The position numbers and the translations under genes were made by a program. A stretch of 64,000 bases of DNA. Source: the human T2T-CHM13v2.0 reference genome, Homo sapiens. Positions 50,301 through 64,000 of this stretch are shown here, piece after piece (the first letter of the stretch is position 1; each line of letters begins with the position of its first letter). The notes beneath the pieces were generated by a model, which was not told the DNA's origin, made no database searches, and was given only the letters and a program-made list of their open reading frames with translations. The stretch lies in the NCBI RefSeq assembly GCF_009914755.1, contig NC_060941.1; one strand, 5' to 3'.

Positions 50301-52149
50301 GTGTATGTGTGTGTGCCTGTGTGCGTCTCCAGGCTTGGGATGCTTTCAAAAATCCATCTAGGAATGGGAAGAGCCGATGGTTTTTGTTTTTTTAATCAAA
50401 GGCTGAATGGTATGATTAAGAGAAAGAGTATATAGACTAATTGACCTAAAATAACAAGAAATCAGTCTTTGACATAATAGTGTTTGAGATCTCTGAGATT
50501 TAGCTCTGACCACATTTTATGAGCACTAAGGCAGAAAATCATAGTTGTGTTTAACTGAGATGAAAAATGAACACTCTTTTCTAACCTTTTTCTATCTAAA
50601 AGATAGATCTCTTGATTAAAACAGCTAAACTTCAACAACCTGAATATAACCATGATATTTAAAGATTTCATGGCAAATCAAACTTAATAACCCACATATT
50701 AATTGATATATTCTCTCTTTATTCCAAAACCATTATTATTGCTTGTCCTCTTTCTACTTAACAGTTCCAAAGAGAGTCCTTTACTTTTTTTTTACTGATG
50801 TCTCATTGTATACAAATATTCTAAAGAAAATCCTCTAGTTACCCCTTTATTTAACTTTTTTCCTCTGCCTTATTTCAAACAAGAGTTCAAGTAACTTGCA
50901 AATATATGTAAAATGTGACAAAATAGTCCAGAAAAAGAAGACTAAGAAGAGACAAAGTGGAGCCAAGAATAATAGAACTTAAAGTGCAAACCATGATCAC
51001 CCTCATGTCATTAGACCAAAGAGCCGTTCAGTGGGAGAGGAGGGCCCGCTCTCTGCTTCTAATGTGCTCCACCAATGCATTTTAGGAAATCTGGAAGATA
51101 GATTAAAGATACAAGCTAGCTGAAGGCTGTTTCTCTCAACGAAGCATTTGATAAAAATTATGTGGTGGTGTGCCCACGATTCTTCTTCCTTTAAAATGCC
51201 TAACTTGAGCCTCTCTTGTGAGGTGAATTAAACAAATGCTTGTCTCTCTTTGCTGACTTCCACATGGCAGGCAGAGTAGTCCTTCTAAAAAGCAGATCTG
51301 ATCATTTTCTTCCACTTTTTAAAATCTGGAAGACTTCACTGAGTCTGCATTTGCCCAGAGGTCTCTGTATGTGGCCTTCCTAATTTCTGTGCTCTCTTGA
51401 CACCTCCCACCCTCATTCTACTCTCCAGATATGTGGAACATAAACTTGCCATTCTTCTCCTCTTTGGCCTTCTCACACACTGTTCCCACTGCCTGCAACT
51501 CTCTTCTCCACCCTTTCCGCCCATCTCCCACCCATCCATCGGGTCTCAGTTTACACATCACTTCTTCCTAGAAACACCCCCTGTCCACCACCCAGCATAA
51601 ACTAGGTTAGGTGCCCCTGACTGCCCCGTGTTCCCTGCTGTGCCACACATGCTTGCCTTGGCCACGAACTGACCACCACTACAGCATCAGTGCCCCCAGG
51701 ACAAGGACCACACCTGTCTTGCTCACCACATTATATACAGTTGTTTTGGTTTCAGGGAATGCAGTATTAGGCTATTTGCATAATGGAGTAAACTGAAGGT
51801 GCTTTTAAGCCCACGGGAAGCTCCTCCCAGGTGATTGCATCCCAACTCAAGACTCCAGCCACCCCAGGCCCTCAGCAGACCCAGGAAAGAAGAAGCTCAG
51901 CAAGTTGTATTACACCAGTGTGCCCCACGTACAGTTGGGAGACTCTGGGTTAAACTGATGAGCCAACAAATGAGCCTGAGTATAGGTCCTGTTTCCAAGT
52001 TATTTTACTTGCTTTGAGTCTCAGTTTCTTACTGCTAAAATGAGGTAATGCTATCTCAGTAAACTTGTCTTATTTTAAGGGTTTTTTTTAAGAAACTCAA
52101 TACTGTTTTTTAATCTATTGGCAAATTTTATTTTTTGTTTTGCTTTGTT

Positions 52150-52750
52150 TTTAATGTCACAGCCAGTGTTGATACAGGTTCTAGAAGATGGTGCTCTCAT
52201 ATAGTGCTGGTGGGAGTGTAAATTTGTGCAAACTCTCTGGAGTACAGCCTGACAGTACGTGTCAAAATCCCTACAACATGTGCATATCATCTGACTTAGC
52301 AGTTTCACATCTAGGAATTTATCTTCGGAATTTCTTCTAACCAGAGCTGTGAACAAAAGTCTACCCATAAGATATTTATCCCAACACGCTTTTTGATTTT
52401 TAAAAATGGAAAAAGACTGAATGTCTGAAAAAAAGTATATTGGTTGAATTAATTGTGGTGTATCCAAAGAATAAGCCACTGTGTGTTATAAATATTAATG
52501 ATGTTGATGCAAAAAATATATTTAATAGCCTGGGGAAATTATTAAGATATATTGAAATAAATCAGGGGATAAAACCACAATTTAGCATATTCTCAATTTT
52601 TTTTAAGTAGTTATATCATTGGAAAAAGGCTGAGAAGATATCAACTAGTATGTTTCTCCGAATAACTCATGAAGAATTTCTTCTTTGTGATTTTCTAGAA
52701 TTGCCAGTTTTCTGAATTGGATGTATATTACTTTTGTTATAAATGTTTTA
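52150..52750 (+). mobile_element. L1ME-like 3' fragment
   Basis: TGCTGGTGGGAGTGTAAATT, CATCTAGGAATTTATC. Confidence 0.65.
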
Positions 52751-53511
52751 GGAAAAATGAAACATAACAGGAAAATAAATTTCACACAGTTTGCAATTGG
52801 AGTACCTTTGCCCATAACACAAGAAAGCTCTGAAGTCCACTGATTGAGGGCTCCTCGTGCCAGAAGGGGAAGGATTCCTTCAGGTGCCTGGATGCTGAGA
52901 GTGATCATGGCATCCTGGGTAAATAGCTTCATTTTCGTTTGCATGGCTTGTCAGCCTACCCAGTTTTCATTCATGCCCTTGTGCACATTGATTTAAACAC
53001 CAAAATTGAGCCACATCATTTTCTGTGACTTCAACAAAGGTCAGAAACTAAACTTACACATAAAATGGCCTATCTCAATAAATTAAATTCATGTGTGCTC
53101 TTCTAAAAGGGCTTTTCATAACACTAATATCTTTGAATCCAACTGGCCTCCACAGAACTTGAAGAAGGAGTAAACAACCTTCTTCTTCTTCTTTTTTTTT
53201 TTTTTTTTTGACACAAGGGCCAATTCAGGAAAAATAAAATGTTTATCAGCCACATTTTTCTCCCTCCCAAAATAAAGCTAGTTTTTTAGAGTCTCATAGG
53301 GAAAAAAAAAATCTGTTCTTATAAGCTATAAATTACCTTATTGGAAGAAGAACAACATTATAATATGTGCACTGCTTTTTAGCCATCTAAAGTTTCCTTT
53401 CTGGGTATATAGGAGATGTAACAACACAGAGGTATCTTTGTAATCTTTCATCTGGAAAATCATATTGTGTGCCATGTTGGGAAAATAGATGGTTCCAGGT
53501 CATATGACGTA

Positions 53512-54819
53512 TGAGGGAACTTCAAAAAGATTATGGAAAAAATAGAATTAAAAGATAAAATTTTTTAAAAAAACCTATTTCTCAACCTAATCTCCATCAA
53601 GGTCAAGACACTTTGGTAAGCAGTGATACCAGCCATTTAGTCTATCTGTAAAGAACTCACAGAGTCCTGGGAATTTAACCATGTCAAAGCATTCTTTTTT
53701 ACATTATTAACTGAAGAGAAATGGATTCCCTTTAAAGACTTTTTAAGATTAGGAAACAAAAAGACGGCAGAAGGAGCCAAATCAGGACTGTGAAGTGGAT
53801 GCCTAATGATTTCCCATCCAAATGCTCACAAGGTTGCCCGTGTTTGATGAGAGGAATGAGCAGGAGCATTGTTGTGGTGGAGAAGAACTCTCTGGGGAAG
53901 CTTTCTGCTAAAGCTTTGCTAATTTTTTTCAAAACACTCTCATAATAAGTAGATGTTATTGTTCTTTAGCCTTCTGGAAAGGAATCAAGCAAAATGCCTT
54001 CAGCATCCCAAAAAACTATGGCCATGAGCTTTGCTCTTGATCTGTCCGCTTTTTCTTTGACTGGACCACTCCCACCTCTTGGTAGCCACTGCTTTGATTG
54101 TCTTTGTGTTCAGGATTGTAGTGGTAAAGCCATATTTCACCTCCTGTTATATATTCATTTTCTTCTTTTTTTTTTTTTTTTTTGAAGAAATGCCTCAGGA
54201 TCTTGATCCCATTTGTTGAAAATTTCCATTGAAAGCCCTGCTCTTGTCTGCAGCCAATCTGAGTACAATGGTTTTGGCACCCACTGAGTGGAAAGTTAGC
54301 TCAACTTTAATTTTTCAATCAGAATTGTGTGAGCTAAACCAATTGAGACGTCTATGGTATTGGTTGTTGTTTCTACCGTTAACCATTGGTCCACTTAAAT
54401 TAGGGCATGAAAAAGATTCATTTTTTCCTCACAAATTGATGTGGATGGTTTGCAGCTGTGGACTTTAATCTTCAACATCATCTGTTCTTAAACAAGTTAT
54501 CCATTTGTAAACTGCTGATTTGGGGGGGCATTGTCCCCATAAACTTCTTGTAAAGCATCAATGATTTCACTATTCTTCCATCCAAGCGTTAGCATAAATT
54601 TGATATTTGTTCTTGCTTCTGTTTTAGCAGAATTCATGTTGCTTTGATAAGGGCTCTTTTCAAACTGATGTCTTATCCTCCTTAATGCCTCAATCTAGAT
54701 CCTGTTCAGACATGTTATAACAAGTTAGTATGAGTTTATTTTGGTACAAAAAATTTTTGAAATCCATGCATAGTCTTTTCATAATATGCATTTTCCATGA
54801 ACTTTTTCAAGTCCCCTTG
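53512..54819 (-). mobile_element. HSMAR2 mariner DNA transposon, full length (~1.3 kb), transposase decayed
   Basis: TA target sites at 53510 and 54820; inverted repeats GAGGG..CTTCAAAAAG..ATGGAAAA; ATG at 54637 opens MNSAKTEARTNIKF; later frameshifts/stops. Confidence 0.92.
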
Positions 54820-56134
54820 TATACCTCCACCTTAGAGAAATGTGTTTCAGCAGCTGGTGAGGGATACAGTTGAGGAACAAATAGGAAACAGAGGGATGGA
54901 AGAGAGAAAGGCAAGGAATGTGTGTGATCCACTCCATCAGGATGCTTGGCTTTGAAGAGTGTTGAAGCAAGAGGGGTATTACCTTGGGGGAAATATGAAG
55001 AAAGTAATTAATTTGATGCAGGAGGTTAATAGACAGTAGAGATAGAAGGGATAGAATAGACATTAGGGAGGAGATTAAATAAAAACAAAAGTGGAGGGTT
55101 TATCTTTAAAAGGAATGAAGACAGCCTCTTCTGAAATGGGAGGAAGGAAGTAAATCTGAGGGCATTTGTCACTGTTGTATAAGAGGGAAGGGCATCTGTT
55201 AAGGCGTCTTGGGAGCTAGAGTGAACCTGGAGCCTTGAGAAGGCAGGAGAAGAGTTAAAATAGTCACTATAAGGAACGAAAGTGGAAATCAGCCCTGGCT
55301 AAGCACCCGCACTGTTAAACCATCCCCTTGAAATGGGGCCAGTTAGTATAAGTGTAAGCCTTTCCCAGCAGGAGCAGAGACAGTAGGTTATTGAGCAGAT
55401 CCAGGGTGGGAATGTTGGATGGACAAGGCAGAATGGATTATTGAGGGTGCCTGAGTGAGTATTGTGGAAGTAACTGACCACAGGGTTCAGAAGAGATGGC
55501 CCAGGAACAGGTGGGTGGAAATGCCACCTCAAGGCAGAATGTGCACTCAGAAGTCTCTCAGCTGTAATTTATAGTTCTTCTGTCACAGGCACCTTGACAG
55601 CAACATATCCCTTATATTTTCTCATTTTCCATCAAAATTCCATTCTGTTGGGTCACTCTTTGGGCACAGAGGCTGCAGGCCAGGTAGGAAAGAGTCAGTG
55701 CTGGCCCCTATAGCAGAGTGGTAGAGTGGTGGCCAGAATTCTCCATCAAGTCACTTCTAGCTTTCATATTCTGTTGCCCTGACTTCATTCAGTACTGTAG
55801 TTCCAGCTGCTGGGCTCTCCTCTGGCCCCCTCCCAGCTAAATTCTAACTCGTCATAATTCTACAAGTTAGTCTTTTTCCTAGAAGGGCCCTCTCATAGAT
55901 ACAGGCCCTCTCTCCTGCCATAGGAACACTGCAACCCTGTGCATAGAAGGGTATCATCTCACATGTGTGCACATAGGGTAAAGTCTGCCTCTCTAGGGAG
56001 TTGGCTGTTTTTAAAACCAGAGCACCCTAGAAGCTGCACACTGGTGACTCTTGCTTGCTAAGAAACGTGTTGTGGAATCTGTAATCCAGCAGGGTCACTG
56101 AACACTACACAAACATACCTTACTCAGAAGTGGA

Positions 56135-56290
56135 ATTATGGCTTCTGCTAGGAGAAGGCAGGCTTGAGTAACCTCCTTAGGTTTCTCAAGAAAGAATAAA
56201 TAAACATGCATATAAGCAGGAACTAGTAGATCCAATTTATCTAGACTCTCAAAAAGCCTTTCACAAGATTCCATACAAAGTCTACTTTTA
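56135..56290 (+). mobile_element. CR1/L3-type LINE reverse transcriptase fossil
   Basis: Translates (with a stop and frameshift) to YGFC*EKAGLSNLLRF...INKHAYKQELVDPIYLDSQKAFHKIPYK. Confidence 0.7.
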
Positions 56291-57031
56291 GAAGTTGGCT
56301 CTTTTGAGAAACAGGCTTATAATAATCATTATCATTGTAGAGTTTTAGATGATGGGTTTCATTTGCATAAATAACACTGTGCGACCTCCCCTTGAAAATC
56401 CCGTGTCCATAAGTCACGTTACGGCACTGGTACTACACAACGGCCACCTGGTGTTTACTGTTGTCGGGAACCGGTAGCATGCTGAGCCTGTAATTCATTA
56501 CAGACATTGTAATGATGGCAGTCAGAGGCACATCATTGCTACTCATGATCACTAATTAAGTGACGTCTTAATAAAGTATAAATACAGGGGAAGAACAGCT
56601 TCCAGAATTCAGGTAGTATTTTCTGCCCAAATCTTCCAATATTGTGTCTGAAGTTGTTTGTTCATGACTAAATATAAAATGGAACACTGTGCAGGAGGCA
56701 TTGTCTCAGTCAGTCTTCAACCCTAGGAGGAAAAGATGATCATTTCTCTTGTAGAGAGGAGTAAGTGAAACCTAGCTGCCCTATAGCCAGGAAGGGACAG
56801 AACCTATATGAATCCAGAACACTCTAATCCTGACTCTCTTAACCACTTTACTCTTAGCTAGCAAAATCAAGAAGAGCAGCCAGAGCTCCCACAAACATAT
56901 TCTTTCTTATTGTAAGTTTGTTTCATAAAGAGGATTCCCCATATCCAGGAATCAGCCAGATCAGTGCTGCCTCTACTGGATAGGTGGATTATTTGTACTT
57001 TGTCAGTGCCGATTTTAGGTAGTGTGATTGA

Positions 57032-57451
<420 letters not shown>

Positions 57452-59513
57452 CTGTGGATGCAGAGTAAAGAGAGACCGTGTCATCCTGGCTGGTGGGTGC
57501 ACATGACATACACTTTCCCTTGTAGGGAATGTCTGGGAGAAAAAAAAGGAAGCAGTGCTGCCTACCTGTGACTACAGGTGGATAAAGAAAGTACCTGAAG
57601 CTATGATGAAAATCACAAACGAAGCTAGGACTAACGAATTCATGGGGCGGGGAGAAGGTACCTGGAGCTGGCCTCCAGTCTCCCATCAAAGGGGTTTCAT
57701 CTCACGAGCCAGCCTCCTGTGTTCCCCTCTTATGAAAGGGCAGATTATTTTCATTAGTTTCTAATTTATTTTTATATGATTTGCTTAAATCGTTCATACT
57801 GTCTATAGTAAAACTATTGAAAGATTCCTACATTTTTTTGGTGGTATGTCACAACTAAATTTGTGGGGTGAAAATAGCTCATTTTTACCATCTGTAAGGG
57901 AAGTTTCACAGTCTAATTAGTCAAGTAATTAGTGTTTTTGACCGACACTTAGGAAGGAAGTGGTGAGGTTTCCTGCAATATATGTAAGTACATATTTTTC
58001 ACATGAGAGATCAAAAGGCAGTTGACCATAAACCGTTACCCTGTAAGCCACATTTCTGAAACTTTTCATAAAAGCTCTTACACTCCAATTTGGCAAGCTT
58101 ACAAATGCGATTACACCTTTACCATGATTGTCTCTTAGAATGGCTTTAATATCCTGTAAATGTCAGATTTTAATGAATCTACAAATACCATATTCTAAAA
58201 CGTATGTGCTTGTGTGTTCTGTGATAAACCTAAAACCAGAGCCCCATCCACGTGGGAGGCAGTGTCAGCAAAGCGGTGGTGAGCAAGGAAGCCGGCGGCG
58301 CTGCCTGGATGGGGAGCCCGACCCCACCGCTCATGAGCTGTGCATCCTTCGCGGCTGAATTCAGCCTCTTTCTGCCACTGTCTCCTCATCTCCCACATGG
58401 GGCTAATAATCTTCTCCCCTCCTGGAGTCATTGTGAGGATGAAATGAATTGTTATTTGTAAGGTGCTGGACCATGGTGAGGGCTCAATTTGGGATCTGTA
58501 TGCTGTTGTTATCATTCAGGAGTCCTCCTTCATACAGTGGAGGAACTGGCACAGATCAGGAAATGGAAGATTTTGTTTGGTTTGTAAGCTGAGCGATGCA
58601 GCCTTGTCCTCTGGCTGTTATTTTGAAGACTGAGGCGCCTGCAGCCTGGTGGGAAAGAGTGCTGGGGTCCTTTGGTGAGGTTTGCAGTGGATGAGGGAAG
58701 GGAGGGTTTAAAGCCTGGGCTTGGCATCCCTGGGCTAGATGACATCTGCGTGTTCATCCTGGTTTATAGTTGACCTTCACAGAGCACACCTGCACACCAC
58801 CAGCCCTCCTGCTCCCGGTCACGTTCCTCTTCCTTAGTTCCACCTGGAGCTCACCTGACTTGACCCCAATTCCCTCTCCCTCTTAACACAACTGTCCTCT
58901 TCCCTCTTATTTCCCTCAAACCTTTATAGTGATTGTGCAGACATTTGAGGTGGAGACCATGAAAGACAGTGTGGGACTTCCTAGGCTGTGCATGGGGAGT
59001 ATCCCCCTTCCTCAAGGGTGTAGCCCCACTTCAGCACTTGGGTCCCTGCACTGAGCCACCTGCCTATCTGATGGAGACACCCCCATCCCTGGCAGGAGTG
59101 CCTGAACCCTATTCAACTTCCTCAAACCTGGCACCAAGCAACAAGAACCTTCTCTTTCTGGGAAGACCCAGACAGGGCCAGAGTCAGGGCCAAGTATTAC
59201 AGCCTTAGGGACAGGTAGTACAGGAGACTGGTATGGGCAGTTCAGTCCCAGGCCATGGAGAACTTGGTCACCACTGTTGTGCAGTGTTGTCCTAGGGCCC
59301 AGGTTCTTGCTGAGGGCTAGAGGCCCTTGTCACACTTCCAGGCAGTTTCCTCCTGAAGAGAGCCTCAGCATGTGCAGGCTGGAGTTGCCTCCCCGGAGGC
59401 TAGAGAAAAAGAGCTTTTCAAAAGTCCTCACTTAGGAGTGCACATTCAGACAAGAGCCCTTATTTGTTTAAGGATAGTCTGGATTTGGCTAAACTGCTAA
59501 TAGTCATGTTTAA

Positions 59514-59828
<315 letters not shown>

Positions 59829-61045
59829 TAAATGAATTTCTGTTCCTGGAGTGAGTGCCATGTACCTAGGGTGCCAAGAAGGTACTCTGCACACAGATGT
59901 CTTGAAATTCAGTGTTTTTGTTTGTTTGTTTGTTTGTTTGTTTGAAGCACAGCTTCCAAACCCAATATTACTATTGCTGCTGGCAATGAGGAAAGCTCTC
60001 TAATGGGGAGGCCTCTTCTCCTTCATAGACCCTCCACACAGACACCACACACTCCATGCTGTCACTCCAGGATCTCTGCACACACTCTAGATGTAGACAG
60101 AACATCTATACTTTATAAAGTGAGATGATTTCTAACTTCTCTGATCCCCACTTTAATGCTCCATAGACAAAAGAGATCCGGAACTTGCCCTCCCTGTCCC
60201 CTTCCTGTGCCCCCGCAGCACTGCCTCCCTAACCCACCAGTTTTACAAGCAAGCGGCTTTCCCCTTTCTGTGCTCTTCCCTTAACTATAAACAAGAAATG
60301 AAAATACTCTATACAGGTTTCCTTCTGCTTCAAAAGGCTGCAATGTTAAGACCTTAACCAACAGCATAAACTCTCTAGAAAAGTAACTTGTTTTGGCTGG
60401 AACTGCTGGAATGGAATGCGGGGTGTCATTCCAATAAGAAATCCCTTTTAGACTTCCGTTCACTCAAGCCGAAAGAAAAACACCTTTCTTTGGATGCTGT
60501 GAGTAAAAAATGGCCAGAGTTTTTTTTTTTTTTTTTTTTTTTAGCAGCATGACTGAAAAGTGTTCATTAACTGAGCCTTATTACCAGGCTGCCCTCTTTA
60601 AGATGGTAAATAATACTAATAAAGTTTCACTAAAAGGAAGGCAATATGGTTTAGGGACATTAAGAGATGTCTCAAGTGAGCTTGAAGTAGAATTTACAGG
60701 TTAGTTCTATTTGGTTATTTTCATATAATAGCACCCTGAGTCTACGCATATATAAAGCACAGTCCTGTATACAATGCAGTCAGTCATGGTACTGGTTTTG
60801 TAAGCTCACCAGCTCAGCTTTCCCCCACTGTACCCCCTGCTGCTGCCACCCCCCACTCTCCTATATGTCTCTTTGCATTAGAAGTGAGGCATCAAAGATA
60901 GCTGATAGAGCTCTCAGGCAGCCAAAGGCATGATCAAAGAGCAAGCAGGGGCTGCACATTGGTAGAACTGTGGTCCTTACAGAAGCGTTATGTTGCACCC
61001 ACTGCAATTCCCACAAACACCTAGGATGAATTAAGAGTCAAAACA

Positions 61046-61338
61046 GGCCGGGCGCGGTGGCTCACACCTGTAATCCCAGCGCTTTGGGAGGCCGTGACGG
61101 GTGGATCACGAGGTTGGGAGTTCAAGGTGAGCCTGGCCAAGATGGTGAAACCCCGTCTCTACTAAAAATACTAAAAATTAGCCGGGCATACTGGTGGGCG
61201 CCTGTAATCCCAGCTACTCGGGAGGCTGAGGCAGAGAATTGCTTGAACCCGGGAGGCGGAGGTTGCAGTGAGCCGAGATCACATCACTGCACTCCAGCCT
61301 GTGCGACAGAGTGAAACTATGTCTCAAAAAAAAAAAAA
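61046..61338 (+). mobile_element. Alu (AluS)
   Basis: Full dimer, TSD AGTCAAAA. Confidence 0.95.
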
Positions 61339-61559
61339 GTCAAAATGAACAGTTGATTGCTTCCTGATTACTAAGTTTTGTGCAAAGCCCTGTTAGTCCC
61401 CACCACAAGACTATTGCTCCACCCAGCCAAAATTGTAGAGAGGCATTGCACACTCTCTCCTCCTGACAGCAAATCCAGGGCTGGTATCCCAGGGGAGGAA
61501 AAAAATCAAAAAATCCAACAGAATCACTCACAGTTCTGACCTCCACACCTACCACCCAC

Positions 61560-61718
61560 CTGTTGCCCTGAATAAAGAAGGACAGCACAGGATCGCCTCT
61601 GCCATTGGCTTTTATCACCTTCATACAGTTCCCATTGAAGAAATTGTAAATTCGGATCTTGCCATCTGCACAGGCGCTGATGACCCGGAGGAAGAGAAGG
61701 GACACGTCGAGCACCTCT
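61560..61718 (-). CDS. CDRT1: CDRT1/FBXW10B WD40 exon (EVLDVSLLFLRVISACADGKIRIYNFFNGNCMKVIKANGRGDPVLSFFIQGN), 159 nt
   Basis: Within ORF 61340..61834; TTCCAG acceptor, GTGGGT donor; phase 2-2. Confidence 0.92.
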
Positions 61719-61850
61719 CTGGAAGGGAACAGAGTAGCAGGCAGTACCCATCCTCTCATAAAATGCCTGGGTTTGTTTGTAGGTTGGGAGCATTTTGTGT
61801 GTGATTGAGCGGCACTGGCCATAACTGGCCTCAAAATGGTGTTTGCTGCC

Positions 61851-62164
<314 letters not shown>

Positions 62165-62413
62165 TAATTGTGGAAGTAAACCGTGAGCTTCTCTCAAGAC
62201 ATACCTCTTCCCATTCTGCAGCTACTTTCCCTGCAATTAGGTCACAGGGCCACAAGATGACAAAACAAAAAGGCTGATGTCACAATCTTTTTTTTTTATC
62301 TAACATATAGATGATCATGTTTGTCTCTTGCAATTTGATTCCTAGAGTTTACTTATACAATAGTCATGCTGAGAATTATTTAATGTTTTGATTCTTTTTA
62401 AAATAGTATTATT

Positions 62414-62786
<373 letters not shown>

Positions 62787-62969
62787 TCAGACAGAGAAGA
62801 TGGTGGGGAAAAATGGGTCCCAGGTGGAAGAGGAGGGAAGCAGAGAGGGTGAGGTGCAGAGAACACGATGTCTACAGGGAGCAGAAGGTCTGCCAATGAT
62901 TGCAGTCTAGGCTATGACGGGGAAGGGAAGGACACCAGGTTCATCGCTCCGGGCTTCACAGGCACCTAC

Positions 62970-63112
62970 TTGGGATGCTTGAAGGCCATCAGGCAGCGCT
63001 CGTACTTCCCCACCATGCTCCAGGCCATGACCAGGCCATCAGTGCTTCCTGAGAGGAGATGCCACTGGTCAAAGAACAGGCATTTCACAGCTCCCTCGTG
63101 GCCACTGAGAGT
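62970..63112 (-). CDS. CDRT1: CDRT1/FBXW10B WD40 exon (TLSGHEGAVKCLFFDQWHLLSGSTDGLVMAWSMVGKYERCLMAFKHP), 143 nt
   Basis: Classic GH...SGS.D...W WD40 repeat; TTGCAG acceptor, GTAGGT donor; phase 0-2. Confidence 0.93.
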
Positions 63113-63268
63113 CTGCAAGAAAAGATACCACTGTCTTCAACTCAGACTGTGACTCCTCCAAGAACCAAAGCTGAGCCTTCTTCAGATGAATCCCAAAGCC
63201 ACCCCCCAACCAATCTGTGACTGCCATTCACTCGGTAGGTACCTGAGCTAATCCTGCTTTTGCTCTAA

Positions 63269-63665
<397 letters not shown>

Positions 63666-64000
63666 TCAGGGTGGGGCCTTGCTCCTGGTGGGTCTGTGTT
63701 TGGGGCAGACACTACCTTCTTGGAGCACTAGAGAGGGCCAGAAATCACTGTCCTTTGCTGTGAGAAGGACGAAGGTAAGGTGTGCCATCCCAGCTCCTTG
63801 CCAGAACCCAGAGTGCACATGGGCCATCCCTGTGCCTGCAACCGCTGGATTGGCCATAGTGACAAGATTGGTGGGGAAATTCCACAGGCCAAGCCAGCCA
63901 CTTTTCACTGTGATCCTGTGTTCCTGCTGCAAATCATATATCAACACCACCCACTAAGGCTAGGGGTTCCGATCCAGCAAGAATATGTTTCATGACCATC

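Noticed and set aside
53512-54819. Active mariner transposase
   Set aside because: No long ORF; only short fragments such as 53732..53932 remain
56441-56458. CTCF-like CGGCCACCTGGTG
   Set aside because: Lacks the GGC-rich 3' half of the CTCF core
60224-60237. CCTCCCTAACCCAC resembling the PRDM9 core motif
   Set aside because: One extra base breaks the CCTCCCTNNCCAC spacing, and it lies outside the inferred repeat
60281-60463. 60-aa minus ORF as a missing FBXW10 linker exon
   Set aside because: No resemblance to FBXW10 as I recall it and no convincing splice sites

Overview
Primate (almost certainly human) genomic DNA, recognisable by translated exons as the 17p12 segment holding the proximal CMT1A-REP low-copy repeat. 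Left half: TVP23C on the minus strand (six intact coding exons, 31681 to 8672; CpG-island promoter with a 7 x 15-bp GC-box array), whose TVP23B-like seventh exon has a GG instead of AG splice acceptor. Right half: the 3' part of an FBXW10 paralogue (CDRT1/FBXW10B, minus strand) interrupted by an ~24-kb Alu-poor insert (~35.5-59.5 kb) carrying a COX10 exon copy (+), a full-length HSMAR2 mariner relic and a PRDM9-type motif. The insert gives the upstream WD40 exons a new terminal exon read from the antisense strand of the COX10 exon and strands the original FBXW10-like last exon as an intact orphan ORF at 33751-34574. This split-gene architecture and the nearby CMT1A/HNPP recombination hotspot are previously described; the less familiar points are the TVP23C acceptor loss, the trans-antisense potential against COX10, a possibly chimeric Alu at the insert edge, the promoter VNTR with Golgi/ER-stress motifs, an intact MER85 and a CR1 reverse-transcriptase fossil. 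Gene and repeat names come from recognition, not database searches; repeat boundaries are approximate.
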